A program made the position numbers and the translations under genes. From Antedon mediterranea (Eukaryota > Animalia > Echinodermata): 64,000 bases of DNA. The notes under the pieces are model-generated. The model searched no databases. It was not told where the DNA came from and saw only the letters and a program-made list of their open reading frames with translations. The DNA lies in the NCBI RefSeq assembly GCF_964355755.1, contig NC_092674.1, positions 24,862,001-24,926,000 on the forward strand. Reading direction: 5' to 3'. Of the stretch, positions 1-14,331 are shown in pieces (the stretch's first letter is position 1; each line of letters opens with the position of its first letter).

Positions 1-1640
1 ACCCATTCAGGTGTGAGTTTCGGGACAGAGGGTAGGGGACGTTTTTCTTTTAGGGAAGAGAGGATACAGATCCAAGACTGCTAGTTGCAAAACAGGTTCA
101 GTAAACCACACTACTTGTTATGTCTACTGCTGGGTTAGTATCCTGGCAATACAGTATATACTCATGGAGAAATACTTATTTAAGTGAGTGTCTTTACGGT
201 ATGTGGCCGATGAATGAGTAAAATATGAATATACTAGTTTGACACAAAAAAAACTAATAATAGCCTATATTCATATTTATAGACTAAAATCAATTTCCTG
301 CTTTATTAAACCCCAAACCAAAGTTTAAAAAAACGAATAATTATTTCAAAACATTTCCAAATAAGGCGCCCTCTTTTGAAAATTTTGTCTCAATATAAAT
401 GAAGCATAAACATAATATGAAAAGATATCTTTTAGATAACGCTAATTTTGAACTATATTTAAGTCAAGGACTTATACCCTAAAATAACATTGTCGCGTCT
501 TGGGGCCTAGACAATTGTTAAGCTAAAACGGTTTGGTCGCTTGCCAAGTCCAAAAAGTATAGTGCACCTGCCCAGACGACGTTTACAATCGGACAACCTG
601 TTGTATACACGGGTACAAATGAAGTGTGCAATATTGAATAACATTGATGTAAATTATTTGATGTGTATATTTCAGACAGAATCAATAACTTGACTGAACT
701 TTGGTATTGTTTATCGATCGTTCACTAGTACTACCCTGGGAAGTTTTAACCAGAAGGTGTTCCAGGGATGTACAAAATCAACACATAATGCCTACACATA
801 GATTACAACTTACCAGTGACATGGATCACAATGCGGTAAATCTCATATTTGCATATTGGATACCCTATTTGGGCACAAACCTACACCTATTTTAAAGCTC
901 CAGTATAATTAATTCAATACAGAAAAGACATTGTAACACGTTCTGTAAAGGCCAATGCTCAGCCCTACTATGCCTAATTTCCCTTCCCCAGCCTAAAATT
1001 CCCATCATTAGTTACCCATTATCATAAATAAATACACAATCTTATCAGTTTTCGAGAGTGTAGGCCCACCAATCGAGTCCTTATTATATGTGCATTATTC
1101 ATATCGATCGAGATTTCATTAGGCCTACGTTATAGCAATATGTGGTACAGTCTCTCGGTCCATGGCACATGGGCCCAACGACCTGAATACTATACTTAAT
1201 ATCAATAAATAGTAAATTACTGATTGTGTAATATTATATAGATTAAAATATGTATCGTTATACATATGATCATTTATTATGATATTTATTGCTTTATAAG
1301 CATAATATTATTGTTTATTTTATTTTACCAGGTATTAAAAGTAAGATTATCTATTTAGGTGGAAAAAGCAAAACTATTCTATTATATATGGACTGGATGT
1401 ATGTATGTCACCAACCTCAACATTTTCAAAAAAACACAAGGTTGCAAAGATAACAATAAGGTAGTGTGCCTACACATAGGCATTATAATACAAAAAACAT
1501 TTTAAACGTTATTGTTCGAATCATTAAATCAAGGGCATTTTAGGCCTACGATAATAATCATTTTATGACACATCATTTTTTTAAAGTTTCAGGCAGTCTT
1601 ATTTGTTCACATTAATAACAATTGGTTTTGTTACTTCATG

Positions 1641-1785
1641 AAGCTCTGTCAACTAGTCAAACTAGCTTGACCAAATAGGTGTAATGTACCCAAATATGGT
1701 AGTTATATGCCTAAATATGGTAGTGATATGACATCATCATGTCCATATATGGCCACATCACATTTTCATAGTGTAGACAGAGCTT
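1641..1785. mobile_element. MITE family A copy
   Basis: Degenerate TIRs aagctctgtc.../...gtgtagacagagctt; shares the internal core catatatggacatgatgatgtcatatcactaccat with five other copies in the window. Confidence 0.7.
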
Positions 1786-1789
1786 TAGT

Positions 1790-2490
1790 CATCGATTTGA
1801 TCGTCATCAACACCATCATACCACCACTGCCATCATCATTGTCATGTTATAGTCATGTCTATCATTATAATAGCGTCGGTATCATAATCATTATCATTAT
1901 CATAGTCATCAGTACAGTATCTCAATCATCATCATACCACTGTCATCATCATTGTCATAATCAATATTGTCATGCCTATCATTATAATACCGTCGGTATC
2001 ATAATCATAATCATTATCATAGTCATCAGTATCTAAAATATCATCATACAACTGTCATCATCATTGTCATAATCAATATCATAGTCATGCCTATCATTAC
2101 AATACTATCGGTATGATAATCATAATGATAGACATCAGTATCTCAATCATCATCATACCACTGCCATCAACATTGTTATAATCAACATTATTGTCATGCC
2201 TATCATTATAATACCGCCGGTATCATAATCATAATCATTATCATGAGTAATCAGTTTCTTAAACATCATCATACCATTGCCATAATCATTGTCATCATCA
2301 ATATTATAGTCATGCCCATCATTATAATAGCGCCGGTATCATAATCATCATCATTATCAATATCATAGACATAAATCTCTCAAACATCATCATACCACTG
2401 CCATCATCATTGTCATCAATATGCCTATCAATATAATACTATCATAATCATTATCAAGTCATCAGTATCTCAATCACCATCATACCATAC
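1790..2490. repeat. Degenerate (ATC)n-derived satellite with higher-order period of about 115-125 bp
   Basis: Recurring catcatcataccactgccatc...catgcctatcattataatac...ggtatcataatc units. Confidence 0.85.
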
Positions 2491-3857
2491 CGCTCATTCC
2501 TTTCATTAGCATAATACTGTATAGTTATCCATCTATATATTTAACATAAAACTAATCAGTGTTACAATGTCATCGTCATCGTCATTGTCGTCGTCACCGT
2601 CGTCGTCGCTGTTGTCATCGGCGCCGTCGTCATCACCACCACACACCAGCACCAGCATCACTATCATCAAACCATCCGATTGCGGCTGTACTGTATCTTC
2701 ACATTATGTCAATAGGCCTATGTGTCTAGTATCATAAGCAAGTTATGTAATACAAAGTGTCAAATAAACAGGTATCACCAAGAAAATCTAAAAACAGGAC
2801 ACTGAGCTCACCAGTATAGGAACCCGTAACAGTCTTTTGATCTTATGTCTGGCTGCGACAAATACCAAATACCAACAGTAGGCCTACTGTATATGTACAT
2901 ATCCTCAGCGGCGCGAAGTGTCTATTAAGGGCCGTGGAACTGATCTTGTCGCAGCCATAGATAGATAAACCCTTTGATCTCCGGAGCTCAGTGAACACTG
3001 TATCACAGAAATTACATATACTATTCAAATTATAGATAGACCTACAGTATCGAGAGTCGGGGATTGAAACCACTCTCTTCATCTTGTATTACTAGTTTTC
3101 ATAACCATCATTCAACAGCCTATCTAGTGTAAATCAGATATACATGCATTAGTATTGAACATTTTTCTTATTGAGGAAAGCAACAACTAAATCTGATTAC
3201 TATAAACAATAGCAATGTCATTCGCTTCTATGATTTATAGTTATTATTCGCCTATAAGGCCTATAGGTTAATTTAAATATTTGTTTTTTTTACAACTATG
3301 TACAATTATGTAATTGCACCTGTTATATTATATAATACCAATAATAATAATAGTATGCTCCCCAACAGAAATAAGACTAAAATGAACAACCACAAGCCAC
3401 TCTCTCTCAGAACATGCCATTTCCGGGAGCTTCTAGCATTATAGCATTGTAATTATTAAGGTTATATAATCTACTTGACTAACGCTTCATTTGTTTATAC
3501 TTTCAGATTTCTCCACGGTAATTACATAGTGTAAACAAGTATCAGACTTAAATTTTCTGAGAACAAGATAATGTAGGCATACTATTATTGCGATTTCGAT
3601 TAAGCGGCCCCTCAACGCGCACATCTCCTGTCAACCATCCGCTACTTGTCTAATTGGTCAAAATTTCAACCAATCAGATAACATAGGTCCCTAGATTCCG
3701 CTTAACTCATTGCGATCTAATTCAGACTACACCTCCAAATGAGCCTGTACAAGAGAACTTTGAGCCAGGACCCATTTGGATGTTCGAGGTTCGAGTCACT
3801 CGTAACTCAACTATCTTCTACGATTCTACCATTCGTATTACCAGTTATTAAACCGAT

Positions 3858-4121
3858 ATGTCGTCTAAAGCGGTAGCGGTAGCGATGAACAACGGTTCGA
3901 TGTACCAATCGGCTGATAAAACCACTATGCAGCGCCATGGTCATTGCTTTTTGTACCTGGTTGGGCTTTTTGTATGTTTTGCAACTGTTTGGTATGTTGT
4001 CAAACTGAAAACCGAAGTTTCGATAATGAAGACTCAGTTGACAGATCACACCCGTCAGATTGACGAACTCCGCCGAATGATGTTACAGGAGAGACCGTAC
4101 GGGATGCCCGATAGAAATACG
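3858..4121 (+). CDS. EDA-like TNF ligand (gene 1), exon 1: cytoplasmic tail, type II transmembrane helix, coiled-coil stalk
   Basis: ATG at 3858; hydrophobic segment CFLYLVGLFVCFATVWYVV followed by a heptad-like stretch; phase-0 donor ACG|gtaagt at 4122 matches the phase-0 acceptor at 11427. Confidence 0.85.
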
Positions 4122-4459
4122 GTAAGTTCGACAAAACTATATACCCCGGTGGTATAGATAGTACGAAAATTAAACGTAGGCCGTCCGATTTCAAATCTTC
4201 TTGGTTAAGTGTTACCAAACACGTTCGAATAAAATATATTTCTACAGTTTGAATATTTAAGCTTTCATTTCTAATCATGATTAGACAACAAAAATAAACC
4301 GAGATTAAAAAAATGTTTACAATGATTGTGTAAAATGCCTACAATAAAGAACAAAGTGCTTGTTGTTGTTTTTACGATGTGCTGTAGTACCCTTTCGCTC
4401 GGATCAATGCCCGGTTGATAACCCTTCGTTCACCGCCTATCGAAATAGATTTGAACTTG

Positions 4460-5010
4460 AAACACTAAAAAGACTATATTAATCGGAGAAATAACTTCAT
4501 ATTTCCTTTTTAAATTTCATTTCAGCAATTTCTTTAACGTCACACTTTCATTGTATCCATTTTAATCGAATGTAAAATGTTTAAAAAAACCAACATTATT
4601 CAACTGGCTAAAAATAATCATAACATAACATAAAAACTCATAAAATAAAAAAACACTAAAAAGACTAATCGAAGAAATAACTTCATATTTGCCATTTTCT
4701 TTTTTAATTTCACTTCAGCAATTACTTTAACGTCACATTTTCATTGTATTCATTTTATTCGAGTGTGAAAAAAACCATTACTTATAACTGGCTAAAAATA
4801 ATCATAGCATAAATCACATGTAACTCATAGAATAAAAAAACACTAACAAGACTCTATTAATCGGAGAAATAACTTCATATATTCCATTTTTTTTATTTCA
4901 CTTCAGCAATTACGTTACATTCTTATTTTATTCGAGTGTGAAAAAAACATTACTCATAACTGGCTAAAAATAATCATAGCATAAATCACGTAATGTAACT
5001 CATAAAATAC
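4460..5010. repeat. Three tandem copies of an approximately 190-bp unit in gene 1 intron 1
   Basis: aaacactaaaaagact...gaaataacttcatat...actggctaaaaataatcata recurs three times. Confidence 0.8.
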
Positions 5011-6016
5011 AATAAAAAGTTTACGCGGAACAATAGTTTATTTATTATACTTTACTACAAGGTTGGCCTATCAGCTTGGGGTCTATTTATAAAATAAAGA
5101 TTGGTACAAAACGATCGAAATGAAAAATAAAATGAACATTATTAACAATTTTAAATACAAAAATTTAGTTCGACCATAGTTTTACCGTGCATTAACAATG
5201 TTAAAGACATAGAGTAAAACTTGATTAAACATTAATTATAATTTATCATTTTAATATCTTAATTGTAAATATACCAAAAATGCAAACTAAATTTGTCTAT
5301 ATACTAAATATTATTCTTTCCTAGTTGAGAATAAATAAATGTTACTTAGGCCTATTAAAAAAAAGTATTTTTTTAATTTGGCTAGTTACAGTATTTTTTT
5401 TTTATCCAAAAACGAATATTTTAAACTCTTCTGATAATCAGTTTTCAATGCTTGTTTACATTTTTTGGTAAATGAAGTTAGTTTAATTAGGAATTCAGTT
5501 ATCTATATTTGTCCATCGAGAGATGGGTCACTCAAAATAAATTACTACTTATTACTATTATTATTAGAAAATACTAATTACTAATCAGATTGAAAACACG
5601 GAATCTGTTACCGGTCCTTTTATTTATTTTATTAACCATATTTACAGAGGATCACCAATGCAGGTCTTCATTCAAAAAATAACTGATATTAAGATGCTAT
5701 TATAATATCTCATTAGAATTTACTTTAATTATTGACTTTTAATGCCTACAGTAGGGTAAAATGATTTATTTTATCGATAAACTTAAAACAAAACTTAAAA
5801 CACCCCCACAACTTATTTTGTTAATTAACTATATTTGGAGAGGATCACCCCTGCAAGTCTTCATTTAAAAAGAACTGATATTAAGATTTTATTATAATAT
5901 TTCATTAGAATTTACTTTTTTGACTTTTAATGTCTAACGTGAAATGATTTATTTTATCGATAAACTTGAACTTAAAACATCTAGTTGCAATTAAAACTTA
6001 TTAAGCAAGAAGTGTT

Positions 6017-6153
6017 AAGATGTGTCTACACTATCAAACTTTATGTGACAAAAATGTGACGTGCCCATATATGGACCCAATGACGTCATATCACTACCAT
6101 TTTGGACACATCACAGTTTTTGTCAAACTAGTTTGATAGTGTAGACAGAGCTT
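6017..6153. mobile_element. MITE family A copy
   Basis: TIRs tgtctacactatcaaact / agtttgatagtgtagaca, flanked by TTA/TAA. Confidence 0.8.
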
Positions 6154-6407
6154 TAAAGTTATAATCGTGTCATTAAAATGAAGTAGAACAACTAACACAT
6201 TTTTATTAACCAATCTTTTAAAAAATCAAGCAATTTCTAAACCTGCAAAGGACAGCTTGAATTGAATTTATTTATATATATATATATTAATTTATAATAA
6301 TCAATAATAATTGGAAATAAGTTTACTTTTTTGTCGACTTAATGGGTTATCCAGGTATTCTTTTTATACATTGTATATTTTAACTTTTATGTATGAATAT
6401 CGAATAA

Positions 6408-6438
<31 letters not shown>

Positions 6439-9152
6439 TAAAACTATACCAATGATAAAAACTAAATGTATAATTAAACATAGGAAGATGAAATAATATT
6501 TTGTAATTTAGACAACAGTACAAAAATAAAGTATGATATAATATAAAGTATACTTTAGTTTAGACTACCTAATATATACGTAAGGCCTGCGTGTATAATC
6601 AAATTAATATTAGGTAGGCCTATCGGTAGTATATTCGTTTGCGAGTGTTTTACGCTGTGTATACCAACACTATAGTGTTTAGGGTCATTCCAGGAACACT
6701 AATTCAGCGTAACCCATAATGTACCGTACAGTACTACATTATTGTGTTGCGGTTATTATAAGAATTACAAATGAATCGACCACACGATGGTGCATGTTGA
6801 TGTTCAAACTGTAAATAATTTAAAAACAGATAATATCAAACTAATATATAATAAATAATGTAATAAATCAGTTTATAAATAGAGGTTTTTAAAATAGTAT
6901 ACAATACAAGTGGTAGTAAAGGGATACCAATCACTTATGTTTGTGAAAATCTCTTTGTTCATGGGACCAACGGCTTAACGCCTCATCAAGACAGTATTAC
7001 CCTCATGCGACGTTACTTGGTACCAAAGACAACAACATTAAAACTTGCTTGCTACTTTTTTCTGAATTAAATTTAATTTTATATAAAACATGGTAATAGT
7101 CAGATCTAGGAAAAGACAAGAATCGTTCGTAGAAAATAACGCTGCTCATGTAACATTACTTGTGAAAATCTTTTTTTGTCATTATTTAACCTAGTTCGCC
7201 TTCATTTCCCCCTATTTTTTGCGCGTGGGAGGAATTCCAGATAATGTTCCAATTGTACGCAAGTTCAGAATTCGTTTTAAAGTACGGAATTACGTACACG
7301 GAGAATAAACGTAGCCTACTATGGACATAGCACCCATTATGGAATGCAAAGATGTGGCGACCGAAATGTCTACAACGTGACCGAAATGTATGGCGTGTAA
7401 ACTTTAAAACTGTAAACTTGATTTGAATAGCTTCATAACCATTCTGAAACATTTTTAAAAAGATATAAAAACCAAAACGGTTCAAATGTTTTTCACACCT
7501 GTTCCGGCACGGTTCCGAATCGAACATCAATTTTTCGTTTTCACGACGCTCCACGCGGCTACTATGCGCCTATCGATATGCGCGTAGTCGCATGAAAACG
7601 AAACATTGACGTACGTCGTTCGATTGGATTTTTCAGTGCCGGAACGTACAGGTGTGAAAGACCCTTTAAGAAAAGATAAGAATCGTACAAAATGAAAACA
7701 AAACAAAAACGAATAGTTTTCAGGAAATCTTTTTCGACGAGTTGTATAAACATCTTATTTTTCCAATTATTGTGACTTCATTTAAAAAAAAAATTTTGGC
7801 GAGTGCTGCTTTTACTAAGTTTGATTCCTATAAACCAGTTGTAAGGACAAGTTGTCAAATTAATGCTATCACCGAAAAAACATGTATTTGAATCTATCAA
7901 TCAGTTTGAATGATAGGTATATATGGAGACAAAGGTCTATACTTACATTGTACTATGATGTTCTTTTCTATCAGTATTGTGTAAGTTGCATTGCTTGATA
8001 TCAAAACAAAGTCAAAATGACTCAATATTTACATAGATTAGAAATATTATCTCAATTATCTGACATATTTACTTTTCCCCCCATTATTTATGCTTGCAAT
8101 TTTGACAAAACAAATACATTTTAAATTTTAAAAGGCATTTAAGGTATTTAGACATATTCAATTCCACCCAAATAAATGTAATCTTGATTTTTAAAAAGTA
8201 TAAACTAATTTTAGGAGGGTTTTGAAAATCAACATTGCATCAAAAATGAAAAAAGGTTTTATTTATACAAATATAACCAATATAAACTTCAATACTGTTT
8301 TGTTTGCCCATTTACTACTGTACACTGAAACCAGATGACATTTTTCCCATTAAAATACATACATCAAAACATTTTCGTACATTTTCTTTTTATTTTGAGT
8401 CAAACAGTATACCATGCTACATTTACGAGCAAGCAATGGTTGGGTTGAATGAATTGAACATTTGGTAAACAAAACAAATGACATTCATTTTCAAGTTGCC
8501 AATTATTGTTGTGTTTTACTGTGACATTAAAATTAAGAAAATTAATTAAGGCGAAGTGAAGCGCAGCGTATTGTCGGAAACGCATGCGTGATATTCATTA
8601 TATTTTCCACGTAATACGAGAATGTGCGACATTAATTCAGAGAAATATTTGAATTGCTATAGTAGCTGCGCTTCACTTCGCTTTAAAAAATGATAGTTAA
8701 TACCGAATTTGGAAGCGAAAACTGTTTCTTTCGAAATGTAGATCCAACCAACAAGCAATTGATAAAATATACCGTACATCTTCTAATTGTAACCCTGAGT
8801 TATTATTCTTTGATTGTTTTTTTAGGGTGCGTTACTATTAGAAGGGGGTTTACTATTAGAGTAGTAGGTTACTATTGCTAATCTTAAATTAAGCACCTGA
8901 AAATAGTAACCCACCCCCAACTTTTCCGGTCAGCAACTCATAGCAAAATAATAAAAACAATAAAAAATAAAAAAACAGTACGAAAAACAAATTTGGTTGA
9001 ACTCTAACTTTATATTATAAACTCAAAAACACTCAATCCTTCCCCACTCCCGAGATCAACATGCATTATCTCCTTATTTTCAAAATATGGCTGCATCATA
9101 AGTTTTTGTGACTTTAGTAGTGGGTTATTATTATAGATTGACTTATATGATT

Positions 9153-9822
9153 GGTTACTATTAGAAGGGGGTTACTATTAGAAGGGGGTTACTATTAGAA
9201 GGGGATTACTATTAGAAGGGGATTACTATTAGAAGGGGGTTACTATTAGAAGGGGGTTACTATTAGAATGGGGTTACTATTAGAAGGGGATTACTATTAG
9301 AAGGGGATTTCTATTAGAAGGGGGGTTACTATTAAAAGGGGATTACTATTAGAAGGGGGGTTACTATTAGAAGGGGGTTACTATTAGAAGGGGGTTACTA
9401 TTAGAAGGGGGTTACTATTAGAAGGGGATTACTATTAGAAGGGGGGTTAATATTAGAGTGTGGGTTACTATTAGAAGGGGGGTTACTATTAGAAGGGGTT
9501 ACTATTAGAAGGGGGTTAATATTAGAGTGTGGGTTACTATTAGAAAGGGGTTACTATTAGAAGGGGATTACTATTAGAAGGGGGTTACTATTAGAAGGGG
9601 ATTACTATTAGAAGGGGGGTTACTATTAGAAGGGGTTACTATTAGAAGGGGGTTACTATTAGAAGGGGGTTACTATTAGAAGGGGATTACTATTAGAAGG
9701 GGGGTTAATATTAGAGTGTGGGTTACTATTAGAAGGGGGTTACTATTAGAAGGGGGTTACTATTAGAAGGGGGGTTACTATTAGAAGGGGGTTAATATTA
9801 GAGTGTGGGTTACTATTAGAAG
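9153..9822. repeat. Minisatellite, 17-18-bp unit (TTACTATTAGAAGGGGG), about 38 copies
   Basis: Directly visible, with a variant unit TTAATATTAGAGTGTGGG interspersed. Confidence 0.97.
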
Positions 9823-11426
9823 ATAGCCTACAGTACACAAATAACAAATGTATGTACTGTAATTGCTCTAAACGGAACTACAATTTACCCAAATTGTTTA
9901 CATCGTTAAATTTATATTACAGTATATATTGTAATTTAACCTTTTATAAATTCTACCTTAAAATATAGTTAACGATTACAATGTAACAAGGAGCTAGCTA
10001 ACATTGGAATTGGAATTCCCCATTTAAACACAGGCAAATATAAAAAAAATAAATAAAACAAATAGTTAAAACTTTAATAACTTTCGATTGATACAAATGA
10101 CAGTTATTTCTTCACCTTAATTGTCGCAAGGGTCTACTTTGTTTGTCATTACATGTCTGGGAGGAAATCCGGGTAAGGTTCTAATTTGATATTAAGAATA
10201 TCCTGGATTTATATAGCACCTAATGTTGTGAAACCTCTAAGCGCTGAAAATAATTACCCCGGTCATTTTTGCATCAAACACGTTTGGAAACTCCCATAAT
10301 GAGAAATTTCTGATGTATGTTTTTATATATTGGACCAAATAAAGAATAATAACAATGCAGCTAGTAATCAGCGCAAAGTTGTGTCTTGATCTAACCGGGT
10401 ACCCATTAGATCAAGGACGATCAAACTTTATTACAGAACTCCTTTTAAAGTAAGTAGGCCTTAATACACGGAGAAACGCACTATGAGCATATCATCCATT
10501 ATAGAATGCCAAGATGTGGCGACCGAAATGTCTACAACGTGACCGAAATGTATGTTGTGTAAACTTTAAAACTGTAAACTTGATTTTAATAGCTTTTAAA
10601 TTAGCGTAAAAAATTAAAAAAATCAAGAATATAAAACAAATTCCAAAAGACATGTTAAATATTATTAAAATTGACAGCCGATGATACGATTTACACACAA
10701 AGTTATTACAAAATAATCTGGTATTAATATTTATTTACACTAAATATTATTTTTATATTATATTGTTGTTATTGAATTTAAAATCAGAGATTTAAAAAAT
10801 ATTATGAGGTTGATTTGACCCACTTAAACAAAATTGTTTAACAATGTTTTTGTTGAATGGCATTTCAATTCAAAATAATGGATTAAAACGAATAAATAGT
10901 CGACAAGAAGATTTAAAGCTTCATTTTGTCTTTCTTATTAAATGAAATAATTTTTTTCCGTGGAAGTGAATAGGCCTACCATCAAAAATACAAAATGGCC
11001 TCAACGTTTATTTTGGAGGAAAATATAACTTTAAATAATTGATAGACCAAGATGTTACAATACAACCATCTGTTTGGTTTGTAATCTATGCCTATCAGTA
11101 GAAACCTCTCAGACAAATTAGTCACTGTACAAATGAAGAAATAAAGTTAACTTCTCAATCGAGATCTCCAAACGTCGTAATAACTGACCACTGCCGATGT
11201 CAGAAACGGAGTTGCGCCCTCTTTTTTCTTTTACTGATAACCCGTGTTTTGATGACATCATACAGAAATAGTATCCATATTAATATTATGTTCATTATCT
11301 ACAACATACAGAAAACGTATGTACTGTATGACCACAAACTTAGAAAGAAAAAATAAATGCACAGTAATAATAATATCAAATTAGATTACTAATTATTAGA
11401 TGCTAATAAAGTTATTTTTTTTACAG

Positions 11427-11736
11427 GACAACCAAGATCTCAATAACTTGGAGGAAGAAACATCGAACGAAATAGTTGAAGTGAGCATTGAGGTGGGGTT
11501 AGATGCTGAACAAGAACCAGACGACATCGAAGGAACACATTTAACCTTTAAGGCTTTCGGCGGTACGGAAGATGATTCAGAGGAGGAGGAAGGCCCGTTT
11601 GCACAAATATTACACAAGATCAAACGTAATGTGGTTGATGAGGAGGAACCGACAGAAAGCCCAGGTAAAAAGAAAAACAGGGAGGGCAGGCGAAAATCAA
11701 AAGATGAAAAGAAGAAACGAAATAATAACGGTGAAG
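11427..11736 (+). CDS. Gene 1 exon 2: acidic stalk, putative proprotein-convertase site KIKR, basic cluster
   Basis: Acceptor tttttttacag|GAC; open acidic reading frame DNQDLNNLEEE...; KIKR|NVV; basic KKKNREGRRKSKDEKKKR; phase-1 donor AG|gtgaat at 11737 (an alternative gtgaag at 11731 has the same phase). Confidence 0.85.
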
Positions 11737-14150
11737 GTGAATTCTAATCGTTCGTTGCTTTAATTTGTCGTGCCAGCTTATTAACTTCGCTATTTACACA
11801 CTTTTTTTCTATCAAGTCCTATGAATACCACGCACTACGTTTTGCCATTAACACCGCCAGTTTACATTCCCATATTCCATAAACATTTTTTTCAAAATCA
11901 TTTTAAGCTTTGTCAAATTTTATTTTAAAAGTACTATTCGTTTGCTTTGCATGATGTTTATTTTGCCATTTTCTAAATACTGACATTAATGCCGACGCTA
12001 GTGTCGAAATATTAAATTACTGGTACTGGTACTGGTTCAAATAACCGTCTCACAGAGACATCTGGTAGCCATTGACTTGAAGTTGGCATTTGGATGTGTT
12101 ACTTTTAAATGTAAGCCTACAGGTATGAGAGTGACTACTACCAAATTACACAGTCACAAAACAACTTATAAAACAGTTCATATTATTATAAATTAATTCA
12201 GGTCTTTAATTTCAGATGCCAACTATCTATCTAATTATCTATTTATAATCGTAAATTGAAGTTTAATTTTCATTTTCAATTAAACATTTACTAAATCCCA
12301 AATGTTTTCGATAAAAGTACGAAATTCGTTTTTTACATAAACGGCTATAACTTGCGTAGGCCTATAAATCTACTGGAACTGACTGTATTACAATAAAAAA
12401 AAAAACATGAAATATAAATTAGGGAAGATGAATAAACTCTTCCAAGACCCAGTTGATCCTTTTCAAGTTATTGCCACTTCTCGTCTATTTTAATTTATGT
12501 ACAGCGCATTGAGAGCTTTCTTTTAATGCGCTATATAAGAATGAACTGTTATCATTATACTTGGAAAAACCACGTTTGATTGTAATATATTCAATTGCGA
12601 GAAACTTACCAATATTTTTTTACAAAAAACTACCGTACAAGATGCGTATATGCCCAATTAACAGATACTTAATTCTCATTAATAATAATGAATAAAGAAT
12701 ATTTATTCGGGATAAAACAAAGTTGCTAATAATGTGACTTTTTAAATTTGTATAGTAAATCAAACAAACTGTTTATTGAGAGTATCGAAAGCTAATTCTA
12801 ACGGAAATAATTTTCCAATAAATAAATATATATACAAAATCAATAATCAAAATAAAAACATTCATAAAATACGCACATGCTGGTTTTTCCAAATCTTAAA
12901 AAAAAATAATAACAACAAAGTACAATAATAATACTAAAAATCCCAAGAATAGTGGTTTTTACGATTTTGTTTTTAAATAAAATAATATAAACAATTTTAA
13001 AAATACATAACATAATTTTTTATTGGATGGTGTTTTTAAATAAAATAATACCAAAAATAGTAATAACAATAACAAAAAAACCGGTAAAATTCACAGGCTC
13101 CTTATCTGGTTGAGATAATTATCTATATACGAAAGAATTACACGTAAAACGGATATAATTTACTTATATTTAGATTTTAAGCTATTTTCGACGCAAAATA
13201 CACAATTCTTACGTCATTACGGGTGGGTGTTCTTTTCAACCGGAAATTATTATAAATACTGTATATTAATATAATAAGCAGTAGACTAATATAGGCCTAT
13301 ATGATTTGGTACAGTTTAATAAAAAAAAAAGTGTGATCTCCTGTTTGGTTATTGTCATGACGAGTTGTGTAATACAATCCCCATAAGAACAAAACTATTC
13401 CCATTGCTCGATGACTATACATTCAGTTAACATCTTACCGACATCATTGTTACTGGCTACCTATGTAGCCCCATTACTCGATGACTATACATACAGTTAA
13501 CATCTTATCAACATCATTGTTACTGGCTAACTATGTACAGATGCGTGCCTAACCTGTTCGTATGTACTTTATTTTACCGGCAGCAACTGGGATAGGCTAT
13601 TTCCCAGTTGTAATCAAGTTTTAAAAAAATAATGTTTTTACTTCACTTCACAAAAAGACAAAATATATTCCAAAAAAAACCCACTGACTTCCAGTCAATT
13701 TGGCTATTTATTTGCATTAAATTAGTTTTTTAGGTAACACTTTTTTTGTTATCCAAATTTTGTGAATAAAAATTATGTGACATTAAACAAATTATTTGTT
13801 TCAGTGGAACAATATATTTTTAACAGCAAAATTTTCATTTTCCGCTGTATCGTATTAAGTTTGCAACACACAATTCAAAATATTGAACTTTCTCACTGAC
13901 TTGAACTAATAGAGTGAATAATTACTTACAACAACCGATTCCGTATTATACGTCAACAAATGCATTATTTACCTCTTGACATGCAGACATACTAGGACGC
14001 AAGCGTAAACGAAAGTAATTCTCTATCCAATCACGACGAAGTCTTGCATTGCGCTTGTAGGCCTACTTCATGTCCTTGTGTTGCGTCACAAGTGTTAACA
14101 CCTCTTCATGCCTTATATTCTGACTCCAATTTAATATAATTGTGTCTTTA

Positions 14151-14331
14151 AAGCGTGGTTCCCACTAGCGACGCAACGCAAGGACGTAACGCAACGCAAG
14201 TGAATTGACCAATCACAAGCGATGGCTTATTCGCTTGTGATTGCTATCTGTCTATAACTTCGCTTGTCATTGGTTAAAACGCTTGCGTTGCGTTTACGTC
14301 CTTGCGTTACGTTCTAGTGGTAACCAAGCTT
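14151..14331. mobile_element. MITE family B copy
   Basis: TIRs aagcgtggttcccactag / ctagtggtaaccaagctt, TA flanks; nearly identical reverse complement of 30773-30953. Confidence 0.85.

Noticed and set aside
1707-2036. 109-aa ORF rich in Ile/His/Ser
   Set aside because: It is a translation of a MITE end plus (ATC)n satellite, with no protein features.
9153-9822. Possible CRISPR array or telomeric repeat
   Set aside because: Head-to-tail units with no unique spacers, no cas genes and a eukaryotic context; the unit is not TTAGGG.
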